IMG/VR virus record: IMGVR_UViG_3300020603_000009
Source: an uncultured virus (IMG/VR IMGVR_UViG_3300020603_000009)
Taxonomy: Duplodnaviria > Heunggongvirae > Uroviricota > Caudoviricetes
Reading direction: 5' to 3' (one strand)
Length of the DNA: 64,000 bases
Position numbers and translations under genes: made by a program
Shown: positions 27,025-35,215 of the stretch, one piece after another
Layout: every line of letters begins with the position of its first letter
Numbering within the stretch: position 1 is the first letter of the stretch
The notes under the pieces: generated by a model
Databases searched by the model: none
Told to the model about the DNA's origin: nothing
Seen by the model: only the letters and a program-made list of their open reading frames with translations

Positions 27025-30000
27025 TCATGCCTCCACATGTGCATAACCATCAATATTATCAATAGTTATTTGTAGATCAGCAACATCTTTGAGTTCTGGA
27101 AGATGTGAAATCAATATAATTGTTTTAAATTGACTCTTCAACATATCAATTATACGCATAAAACCTTCCATATTCTCTTCATCAAGTGCAGTTGCTGGCT
27201 CGTCAAGTATAAATAGAGAGGAAACTGGAAGAGTTGTCAATTTAGTTAATGCTAAACGAATTGCCATAGCGGCCAAACTCTTTTCTGCGCCCGAACAAAG
27301 TTCAAGTGGACGAGCATCGTATTTTGGGTGCTTGATAAGAATATCAAGTTTCTTACCATCATCCTCAAAGAAAATTTCAAAACTAACAATGTTTGAAAGT
27401 ATCTTTGCTATTTCTTCATTAATTACTGGTAGTTTCTTACGAATAATATCATAACTAATACCATTACTATGCATGGCTTTTTCAAACATGGCAATAGCAG
27501 CATATTCATCACGCAGTTTTAGCATTTCTGCTTTTGAAGCTTCTAGATCTGTATATTTTTGTTCTAATGAACCATATTCACGATGTAGTTTTAGAATACT
27601 TGCTTCACATTCTGCAAGTTTCTTTGCAAGCTTTGTTTTATCTGTTAACAAAACATTTTTATTATCGTTTAGTTCTTTTAGTTTTATAGCTGTTTCTTCG
27701 TTTTTATAATAATTTTGAATTTTGTTTTCAAGTTTTTCAGCAAGACCTATTGATACAATAATTTTACCATTTAGTTTTTCACTATCAAGTTTTTTACCAG
27801 AAATAATACCTTCCATATTTCGGATCTTTTCCAGTATAACATTTCTGGTTGCGATAGATTTTTCTAACTCTTCTGGTTTTAGAGCATCAATTTCTTCTTG
27901 AACACGCTGTTTTTTCTTGCTGGAGATATCAACAAGTTCATTTTTCTTTTCTAAATCAGTTTTCTTGGCAAAAGCATCAGTCAAGAACTTGCATGTAGGG
28001 AAACTATCACCACATGGAACTTCATCAAGAATTTTAATAGCTTTTTGATCACGAGAAATATCTTTTTCAAGATCATTTATTTCACGCAATACTTTGTCAA
28101 GTTCTTTATTTTTATCTGATATTGTTTGCTTTTTCTTATTTAAGTCGTCAATTTTAATATCGGTGATAAGTTTTGAAGCACTATCTAATGCTGCTTGTTT
28201 TTCTTCAACAAACTTTGTATTTTTAGCAATAGTTTTTTGCCACTCTTTAATATCATTATCTATTGAAGCAAGTGAGGCTTTGGCGTTATCAACATCAACT
28301 ACATCAATTTTTGGAAATGATGCAATTTCAATATTAATAGCATTAATACCATCAGTTAGCTTTTTAATATCTTCTTTTATCTCTTCACATTCTGCTGTTT
28401 GTATTTCAGCCAGTTTTTTACTTTCAGAACCGCGAATAAGCGTTTGTGCAATTTCTTTATCATAATCTTTGCTTTCAAGACGCTTCAAAGCAGCCTTAAG
28501 TTCTGTAGCGTCATTATTTGATAGTTTGTATTTCTTTGCAAATAACTCAAGATCAAGAAACTTACCAAGAATTTCTTTGCGACGAGTTGAACCCTCGTTG
28601 ATAAAGTCAAGAGAACCCATTTGTGAGGCCATAGAAGTGAAAAGAAAATCTTCTAAGGTTCCAAATATTTTACGAATATTCTTGTCGGTTTCATTACGAT
28701 CAAGGCCGTTGAGATTTCCTTTTTCGTATTTCGTACAATCTTCGGTTTCTTCAATATCGCAAACGCTAAATGAAACATCTGTTTTAGCTTCAAGTGTTTC
28801 TTCGCCAGCAAGTTTTTTTAGATATTTTTCTGCAGTTCGTTCAACGATATAAAGTTTATCATCAACAACTATTTCAACTTCTGCTTTCGCATTCTGCTGA
28901 TTTTGGTTGATAATGTTTACATTTTTACGAACATTTTTACTTGTTGAGTTTTGAACTCCCCAAAGTAAACTATCAATAATACTTGATTTACCTGAAAAGT
29001 TTTTGCCGAATATACCGACAACACCTTCAAGTTTATCAAAGTCTATTTTATTTCCTTCTCCATAATTGAAAAGGTTGTCCCATTTTAGGGATTTCAAAGA
29101 CCAACGAACATTACGAGAAACTTCTTCATTTTCTTCGGCAATTGAATTATATTTTTTATTTATCTCAAATACTTTCTGTAAAACTTCTTCTTTTGGACTG
29201 TAATCTTTTAGATATTCACGAAGCAGTTTTTCTTGTGTTTGTAGATTACGTAAATCATCTGTATCAATCTTTTTGATTGTATCGCTGATATCAATACGCT
29301 CTGTTGCCTTATTCAAGAAGGCGACGCTCTCTGGAACGTATTTAACCTTGATTACATCAATTGTTTTGCGAATGTCGCTTACAGACACGTTGTGTTCGCA
29401 AACAACGCGTATACGCGAATCTGGTTTGATATAAACGCTTTCGTCAAACTTACCACTTTCATCAAGTTTGATTGTGATAAATGGACGAGGATGAGGAATA
29501 ACAATATGACGAACATCAAATTTATTTTTATCTTCAATTTCCCAAATTAAAAAACCTTTATCATCTGTTTCGCCATGGTTCTGCTGAATAGTTGAGCCAG
29601 GATAACGAACACGACCCTCTGTATCAACAATTTGATTTGTCTTGTGAATGTCGCCAAGAAAAGCATAATCATGACCTTCAAAAATAGAAAGTTCGTGATC
29701 TGAATGTTCTAATGTATAGCCAATATCAGTTGATACACCGGCAATAGCACCGTGATAAAGAGCGATATTGATACGATTTGGATCTGATGGTTTTACCCAT
29801 TTATCTTCATCAATAAGCGACATTACGTTAAAAGCAAGTTTATCGCCAATCAATCTTTCACCGGAATATTTCCAAAGAGTTAAGTTTTGATGATTGAGAG
29901 CAGAAACGATAGGTGAGATGCTGTCTTGGCGAGTATCGTTTTTTAGATTTGTGTCGTGATTACCAAGAATAATATATGTTGGTGCGATATCAGCAAGTTC

Positions 30001-30195
30001 TTTGAGAAACCAAGAACACATTTCAACGAATTCTGGTGAGATTTGATTTTTTGTATGGGCGATATCGCCCGTGTGGACGATATAGTCAGGCTTTTCTTCG
30101 CGGAGAAGAGAAAAGATTTTATTGAATACTTCACGATATTCTTCGTGATATTTTAGATTTCTTATATGTGTATCACTAATCTGTACGATTTTCAT
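27025..30195 (-). CDS. Fused Mre11/SbcD nuclease - Rad50/SbcC ATPase (gp47-gp46-like)
   Basis: Start moved to ATG 30195 (MKIVQISDTH). Phosphoesterase DTH, GD, GNHD, LGDIH; Walker A GKNFSGKSS, coiled coil, CSGAEK signature, LDEP, ISH. Confidence 0.9.
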   Translation of the reverse strand: MKIVQISDTHIRNLKYHEEYREVFNKIFSLLREEKPDYIVHTGDIAHTKNQISPEFVEMCSWFLKELADIAPTYIILGNHDTNLKNDTRQDSISPIVSALNHQNLTLWKYSGERLIGDKLAFNVMSLIDEDKWVKPSDPNRINIALYHGAIAGVSTDIGYTLEHSDHELSIFEGHDYAFLGDIHKTNQIVDTEGRVRYPGSTIQQNHGETDDKGFLIWEIEDKNKFDVRHIVIPHPRPFITIKLDESGKFDESVYIKPDSRIRVVCEHNVSVSDIRKTIDVIKVKYVPESVAFLNKATERIDISDTIKKIDTDDLRNLQTQEKLLREYLKDYSPKEEVLQKVFEINKKYNSIAEENEEVSRNVRWSLKSLKWDNLFNYGEGNKIDFDKLEGVVGIFGKNFSGKSSIIDSLLWGVQNSTSKNVRKNVNIINQNQQNAKAEVEIVVDDKLYIVERTAEKYLKKLAGEETLEAKTDVSFSVCDIEETEDCTKYEKGNLNGLDRNETDKNIRKIFGTLEDFLFTSMASQMGSLDFINEGSTRRKEILGKFLDLELFAKKYKLSNNDATELKAALKRLESKDYDKEIAQTLIRGSESKKLAEIQTAECEEIKEDIKKLTDGINAINIEIASFPKIDVVDVDNAKASLASIDNDIKEWQKTIAKNTKFVEEKQAALDSASKLITDIKIDDLNKKKQTISDKNKELDKVLREINDLEKDISRDQKAIKILDEVPCGDSFPTCKFLTDAFAKKTDLEKKNELVDISSKKKQRVQEEIDALKPEELEKSIATRNVILEKIRNMEGIISGKKLDSEKLNGKIIVSIGLAEKLENKIQNYYKNEETAIKLKELNDNKNVLLTDKTKLAKKLAECEASILKLHREYGSLEQKYTDLEASKAEMLKLRDEYAAIAMFEKAMHSNGISYDIIRKKLPVINEEIAKILSNIVSFEIFFEDDGKKLDILIKHPKYDARPLELCSGAEKSLAAMAIRLALTKLTTLPVSSLFILDEPATALDEENMEGFMRIIDMLKSQFKTIILISHLPELKDVADLQITIDNIDGYAHVEA

Positions 30196-30335
30196 TTTAA
30201 ATCCATTTCTACAATAGAATAATTTCGTGAATTTGTTTGATTTTTTATAAATTTTTCTGCTTCTTCTTTTCTTCGGAAACAAGCAACCAAATCTGTGTTG
30301 CTGTACCAAACTTCTATTACCACATATACTTTCAT
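30192..30335 (-). CDS. 47-aa small protein; not in the ORF track
   Basis: MKVYVVIEVWYSNTDLVACFRRKEEAEKFIKNQTNSRNYSIVEMDLK; ATGA overlaps at both ends couple primase to the nuclease gene. Confidence 0.75.
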   Translation of the reverse strand: MKVYVVIEVWYSNTDLVACFRRKEEAEKFIKNQTNSRNYSIVEMDLK

Positions 30336-31273
30336 ACTATTCCTTGTAATTGGTATTTGAAAAGACTATCTGCTGTCATTGGCAATGCTTCTGCTTTACG
30401 TTCCGCAAATTCTGCTTTCGTCATACTACCAACATCTTGAAATCCACGAACATCAATCTTATAAAGTTCAATACCATATTGGAGCATATCGCGGATCAAG
30501 TATTTCGCTTTTTTCTCCGCATCCGGATCAAGCGCAACATAAATCGGCGTGTCGTGTTTCGCAACTTCCTGAAATAAGCGGCTGGTTTCGGGTAAAGTTG
30601 AACCGAGAAGGGGTATAGCATTACCAGCTACAATAGCATCAAACGCGCCTTCTGTCAAGGTCAAATCGTTATCCCAATCAACATAAAGTTCATTAAAAAT
30701 AATTGAGTTTTTGTGGAGAGATGGATTTTTATATTTCATCCAATCATCACGATAAGAGCGACCAACAAAATAATTTATTTTTCCTTCAAGATTAAAACTG
30801 GGAACAATAACTCGTCCAGCATATTCTCCATCTGGGCAATAACCTATTTTCCATTTAAGAATATCTTCTTTGCTTATTCCTCTTTCATAAAGGTAGCGAA
30901 GTGGAATATTGCTTAATGAATTATGTTTTCCAGTTAAGGTAATAAATTCTTTAGGGAGATTAATTGTTGTTTCATTTTCTTCTTCCCATCCAAATAAAGT
31001 ATCTGAAAAATTAGTGGAAGACAAATCAATTTTGTCGTCAAACTGACCCCATTCTTGTTTGTGTTTATACGAACCATAACGCTTTACCAGCCTTGTTAGA
31101 GTTGTTCCTGTGAAATTGCATACCCAACATTTAAAAACATTTTTACGGACATTACAGGAAAGTTTTGGTTTATGATGTTTACATTTTGGACAATAAAAAA
31201 GCAACTCCCCACCAGAACGATGGGGAGCGCCAAGAACATCAATTAGGATTTCTTCTTTTTTCTGATCCGACAT
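30332..31273 (-). CDS. DNA primase (DnaG/gp61-like)
   Basis: Zn finger CPKC..H...CWVC, YLYERGI, GRVIVP, TOPRIM TEGAFDA and LDPDA. Start moved to ATG 31273. Confidence 0.9.
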   Translation of the reverse strand: MSDQKKEEILIDVLGAPHRSGGELLFYCPKCKHHKPKLSCNVRKNVFKCWVCNFTGTTLTRLVKRYGSYKHKQEWGQFDDKIDLSSTNFSDTLFGWEEENETTINLPKEFITLTGKHNSLSNIPLRYLYERGISKEDILKWKIGYCPDGEYAGRVIVPSFNLEGKINYFVGRSYRDDWMKYKNPSLHKNSIIFNELYVDWDNDLTLTEGAFDAIVAGNAIPLLGSTLPETSRLFQEVAKHDTPIYVALDPDAEKKAKYLIRDMLQYGIELYKIDVRGFQDVGSMTKAEFAERKAEALPMTADSLFKYQLQGIV

Positions 31274-31280
31274 CTCTACG

Positions 31281-31309
31281 AGACTAGCAGCTACGACGCT
31301 ACAAGTCAA
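31281..31309 (-). promoter_or_regulatory. Sigma70-type promoter of the primase operon
   Basis: -35 TTGACT (31309-31304), 17-bp spacer, extended -10 TGcTAGTCT (hexamer 31286-31281), 7 nt before the ATG. Confidence 0.75.
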
Positions 31310-31317
31310 GCGCACAT

Positions 31318-31350
31318 AAAAAACTCTCCCCGCTGTTTAAACGAGGAGAG
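31318..31350 (-). terminator. Intrinsic terminator insulating the primase promoter
   Basis: CTCTCCTCG...CGGGGAGAG followed by TTTTTT. Confidence 0.8.
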
Positions 31351-31381
31351 ATAATATATCAATCTATTATTTTAAATTATA

Positions 31382-31819
31382 TCAAGGAGGGGTGCCAGTG
31401 CCGGTGCCAGTGCCGGTGCCGGTGCCGGTGCCAGTGCCGGTGCCAGTGCCGGTGCCAGTGCCGGTGCCAGTGCCGGTGCCGGCACCGGCGGTCGTTCCAG
31501 TACCACTAACAACGACGGTATCTGTAGCACCTTCAGATAATGTTATTGTTAAAGTAGCATTTCTAGAACTAGCCTGAACTGGATTAAACACAACTTGAAT
31601 TGTTGTATTTCCGGCGCCGCCTGTTAAATTACCGCTATCTGGTGAAACGGTAAAATCAGATGTATCACCGCTTTTGGTTATTGTGAAAACTTCAGTACCA
31701 TTACCAGAGGCACTGATTGTGAAACTTTGTGTTATTGGTGTACCAACATTTGACGAACCAAAACTCAAACTTGATGGGCTTCTTGTTAAAGCAAGAGGCG
31801 GCTCTTTATAAAAAAACAT
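31382..31819 (-). CDS. Ig-like domain protein with a (GT)n tail
   Basis: Start moved to ATG 31819 (MFFYKEPP; SD GGAGG). SPSSLSFG..VG...SFTI, FTVSP, VVFNP, ATLTI, VSGTG give an ASH/Ig-like pattern. Confidence 0.75.
   Translation of the reverse strand: MFFYKEPPLALTRSPSSLSFGSSNVGTPITQSFTISASGNGTEVFTITKSGDTSDFTVSPDSGNLTGGAGNTTIQVVFNPVQASSRNATLTITLSEGATDTVVVSGTGTTAGAGTGTGTGTGTGTGTGTGTGTGTGTGTGTGTPP
31392..31487. repeat. Hexamer tandem repeat GTGCC(A/G) encoding Gly-Thr
   Basis: About 15-16 copies; GC-rich in an AT-rich genome. Confidence 0.95.
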
Positions 31820-31877
31820 TTTTAAAATCCTCCGAATAAATAAAGAAAACATCCTATAAAATAGGATTGTTATATAA

Positions 31878-32399
31878 TTAGTTTTCTTTTTTTGTTTGTA
31901 AGTATCCTGCTCTCGCTATTATCCAACTATCAGCCATATCGTAATAATAATCTCTTATATTTTGGCTATTCTTTTTCTTTTCAACTTTAAACCAAGTTTG
32001 ATTTTCTAACATCCATTCCATAACTTGTTGTTTGGCTGGTTTTCCTTTAAGGATTTTTATTCCACAAGTTTTTCTTGCTGTTGTTGAACCAATATATTTA
32101 ACCTTTATCGCCATCTCTTCCCAAATCATCCAACAAAGAATGCCATTAAATTTGGCAAGTGAAAGAATTGTTTTTGCGGATGAAAAACCCGGACAAAATG
32201 CCTGTAGACTTTCTTCAACAAAGACTTCGGTTATTGGATATTTTTTTTTTAATTCTCGTATTTCTGCTTTTGCTCGTTGTAGTTTATCAAATACATCATC
32301 TTCTTTGAACTTCCAACAATCATTTAAAATAACATTACCACTATAATCTAAAACGGTTATACCAGTACAACTTGTTGAAATATCTAAACCTAATATCAT
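31878..32399 (-). CDS. RuvC-like Holliday junction resolvase
   Basis: MILGLDISTSCTG, VFVEE, DMADS; start moved to ATG 32399 (ATGA overlap). Confidence 0.8.
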   Translation of the reverse strand: MILGLDISTSCTGITVLDYSGNVILNDCWKFKEDDVFDKLQRAKAEIRELKKKYPITEVFVEESLQAFCPGFSSAKTILSLAKFNGILCWMIWEEMAIKVKYIGSTTARKTCGIKILKGKPAKQQVMEWMLENQTWFKVEKKKNSQNIRDYYYDMADSWIIARAGYLQTKKEN

Positions 32400-32791
32400 C
32401 CTACACCCGCAGAACCAGACCAACTATTAACAAGTTCAGTTGCTGGAATATTTGTTAATCCAGCTAACACACTTGCTGATAATGGAGTTGCATTATTGCT
32501 CATTAGATACATTTTAGTCAATTTTATTTCAGCTGTAAAGGTAGTAGATGCGGGAATCAAATAATGATTTGAACCCTTTACACCAGCATCGCTAAAACCT
32601 AATCTCATGATACCAGCAGTAGTATTATTAATTGTTATAAATTTAGTAACTTGTGGAAAAACTACTTCTAAAGCGACTGAACCGCTAGCGGGAACGGCAA
32701 GTGAAGAAGTAGCAAATGGTTTTCCAGATACTTGATAGCTGGCAGCATTACCTATACCTGGTCTGTGTAAACTCATGAAATCTGTTGACAT
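32396..32791 (-). CDS. Hypothetical beta-rich virion protein
   Basis: 131 aa; has its own CTATTTA motif and SD GAGG. Confidence 0.65.
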   Translation of the reverse strand: MSTDFMSLHRPGIGNAASYQVSGKPFATSSLAVPASGSVALEVVFPQVTKFITINNTTAGIMRLGFSDAGVKGSNHYLIPASTTFTAEIKLTKMYLMSNNATPLSASVLAGLTNIPATELVNSWSGSAGVG

Positions 32792-32829
32792 ATTATTCTT
32801 TATCCTCTGTTATAAATAGGTTGCTCTTT

Positions 32830-33645
32830 TTAGAATGCGTCTTCTACGAATATTTGGAAGTCATCAAAATAGGTTCGACAATTTGTATCAGCTTGACTTC
32901 TAGCAGAAAATCCATAAGAAGCTGTGCTTACTGTTCCAATTACAGGCGCGCTACTAATTGTATTATAAGAACCCCATGGAACGAAATTGTTTCCATCTAC
33001 TGTTAGTTCTGTTGTGTATACTTGACTCCATGTATCTGGTGTACTCAAAGAAGCAGTATATAAAGTTATTATATCTTTGAAGATTCCACTAGTAGGTGCT
33101 CCGTTTATTATACTATTTACATGAACGGGAACAATATCCATTCTTAAACCAACCCACTTATTTATACCAAGATTAGTGAATCCAGATATTGCTACCGAAG
33201 TAGCGCCGGTATTTGCTTTATAATTCCCAAAATTATAATAAAGAGTTCCATTATTTTGATCTCTATATCCAAATTCATATCCGGAATATGGATATGAATT
33301 ATTAGTCATATAATCTGCTGTATTATATCCATTATGTTTCGCCAACAAACTAACTCTTTGGTAATCTGAAAAACTACTATCTGTAAATCTAGCCCACAAT
33401 CTTAAAGATACTGATTTCGTCTCTGGAATATTGGTTAATACTCCTCCACTCACAGATGAGCTTACAAAATATAAACCATGTATGGCAGCAAAACCAGAGA
33501 GATTTTCCTGATTATATACCCTACAATTAATAGAAGAAGTTAGCGGATTTGATAGATCACTATTTAAAATAGCTGAACCGGTGTAGTATGTTCCGCCTGC
33601 GTTATCTGCATTTCCAGCTGTAATCAAAAAATCACTTTGAGACAT
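32830..33645 (-). CDS. Hypothetical beta-sandwich (lectin-like) virion protein
   Basis: SLRLWAR, NKWVGLRMDI, terminal YFDDFQI; SD AGGAG. Confidence 0.6.
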   Translation of the reverse strand: MSQSDFLITAGNADNAGGTYYTGSAILNSDLSNPLTSSINCRVYNQENLSGFAAIHGLYFVSSSVSGGVLTNIPETKSVSLRLWARFTDSSFSDYQRVSLLAKHNGYNTADYMTNNSYPYSGYEFGYRDQNNGTLYYNFGNYKANTGATSVAISGFTNLGINKWVGLRMDIVPVHVNSIINGAPTSGIFKDIITLYTASLSTPDTWSQVYTTELTVDGNNFVPWGSYNTISSAPVIGTVSTASYGFSARSQADTNCRTYFDDFQIFVEDAF

Positions 33646-33679
33646 GTTTAAAAACTCCTATTAATATATATAAAAATAA

Positions 33680-34084
33680 TTACCAACCACCACTTCCAGT
33701 TTCAAAACTATCTGCGAAATCTGGTGATGTAAATGTTGTGTTGCCGGAAAGAACAGTTGTTATATCAACAGCGTCATTCCAATTGCCTTCAAATTCAAAA
33801 CTATCTGTGAAGTCTGGCGATGCAAATGTTGAAGTTCCAGAAAGAGCAGTTGTTATATCAACAGCATCATTCCAATTACCGGCAAATTCAAAACTATCTG
33901 TGAAGCTTTGAATTGAACTTGGCGGGGGGTCTGGTTCGATTAAGAAATCAAATAATCTAGCGCCATCTTGTGAGATTGAATCGTTGTTATAATATAGGCT
34001 TCCGGAATAAGTTAAAACTCTTATTCTTGGATGAGCTTTTATACGATTTACAAATATGTCGCTACTTTCAAATTTTTTTAACAT
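33680..34084 (-). CDS. Small protein with a baseplate-paralogue N-terminus and three FxDSFE repeats
   Basis: 31-aa internal repeat; N-terminus resembles that of 35216..36235. Confidence 0.7.
   Translation of the reverse strand: MLKKFESSDIFVNRIKAHPRIRVLTYSGSLYYNNDSISQDGARLFDFLIEPDPPPSSIQSFTDSFEFAGNWNDAVDITTALSGTSTFASPDFTDSFEFEGNWNDAVDITTVLSGNTTFTSPDFADSFETGSGGW
33701..33905. repeat. 93-bp tandem repeat (about 2.2 copies)
   Basis: TTCAAAACTATCTG recurs at 33701, 33794 and 33887. Confidence 0.9.
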
Positions 34085-34085
34085 T

Positions 34086-35042
34086 TTACATATCCATTTT
34101 TAATTTAAATGTATAACTATCTAATTCTCTTTTTCTTACCGGATTTGCTAGTTTGGCAACACCTATTAGATTTTTTTGCTCATCGTATATTGCTATTTTC
34201 GAAATATAAGTTGTTTTCTTGAAATCGGGCTCTTCGTCAACAAAAGATGAACTAACCATATTTTTTATTAATAATTTACTATTTTCTATATAACCAAAAC
34301 TTCCAGTTGTTGGTTGTTGTTCTTGCCCGTATTGAATATAAGTTGGATTGTTTGAATGATTTAATTCACCTTGTTGAGCGTGGGCCAACATTGTTATTGT
34401 TGGTATATAATTTGTTCCTTCAAAATCTAATAAGAAACTGGAAGAAGGAGTTAGGTTTACTTCCGATGAACCGGTGTTCATGAAATATTTCCACGATGCG
34501 GAATAAAAAGACGAATCTAAACCAAACTTATCTGTATAAGTTGAATGAAGACTCCAAGAGCCGGTTAATAATATAAAGCCTTCTTTATATAAAACAACAC
34601 CAGCAACACTACCAGAGCCATTACTGCCACTTGGACCAACTTGTATTAATTCGCCATTTCTATTTATATCTTCCAATTCTGCTATAAGAGTTCCAGTTAA
34701 ATACCATTTACAATTTATACTACCTTTGCGGATCGAAGAACCATAAAAAATAGATGGTATTGTTATAAGACTTATTTCTTGTGTTTCTTTGTTTCCCAAA
34801 GAAGAGCTATAAGCAAAATGTGGGCTTGAATAAAGATAATAATCTAGTGTATTTTTTAATGCTTTAACATAATCTCTGTCTTGATAATCATAAACATGAT
34901 ATCTTGTTATGTTTGCTGTATATGGATATTCACTACCAGTAATAACATCGCCATATTGAAATTGGCTAAAATTATTAGCGGAAACTGTTTTAAAATTATT
35001 TAAATTTCCGTCTTTTGTTATAAATTGTTTTGGTCTTGCCAT
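34086..35042 (-). CDS. Baseplate/fibre-attachment-type structural protein
   Basis: C-terminal NHSNNPTY...YISKIAIYD..NLIGVAKLANPVRK; paralogue of 35216..36235. Confidence 0.65.
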   Translation of the reverse strand: MARPKQFITKDGNLNNFKTVSANNFSQFQYGDVITGSEYPYTANITRYHVYDYQDRDYVKALKNTLDYYLYSSPHFAYSSSLGNKETQEISLITIPSIFYGSSIRKGSINCKWYLTGTLIAELEDINRNGELIQVGPSGSNGSGSVAGVVLYKEGFILLTGSWSLHSTYTDKFGLDSSFYSASWKYFMNTGSSEVNLTPSSSFLLDFEGTNYIPTITMLAHAQQGELNHSNNPTYIQYGQEQQPTTGSFGYIENSKLLIKNMVSSSFVDEEPDFKKTTYISKIAIYDEQKNLIGVAKLANPVRKRELDSYTFKLKMDM

Positions 35043-35048
35043 AAATAA

Positions 35049-35075
35049 AAACTGCCTAAAATAAATAGGCAGTTT
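35049..35075 (-). terminator. Hairpin containing the CTATTTA motif
   Basis: AAACTGCCTA-7nt-TAGGCAGTTT, followed by TTATTT and the ATG on the coding strand. Confidence 0.6.
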
Positions 35076-35091
35076 CTTTGTTTTGTTGATT

Positions 35092-35178
35092 TTATACTAA
35101 ATAAGGATTGTTCTTTTCGGTCCACTCTTCAAATATCATTCCATTCTCTTCATAATATTTTTGTACTGCTGAAAACTT
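35092..35178 (-). pseudogene. C-terminal remnant of a TnsA/gp4-like PD-(D/E)XK endonuclease
   Basis: Start-less frame KFSAVQKYYEENGMIFEEWTEKNNPYLV*, resembling the K..Aa..y....G..F..wTE. terminus of that family. Confidence 0.5.
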
Positions 35179-35215
35179 GCGGAGTGTAAAGCAACTTTCT
35201 TACACCGGTGTAAAA

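Noticed and set aside
11888..32423. Longer starts given by the ORF track (11920, 30309, 31315, 31852, 32423)
   Set aside because: Downstream ATGs fit the SD, promoter geometry, ATGA coupling and domain starts better; the 30309 extension overlaps a separate 47-aa gene.
33701..33905. 93-bp repeat as a DGR template/variable repeat pair
   Set aside because: The copies are adjacent within one ORF, differences are not confined to adenines, and no reverse transcriptase is seen.
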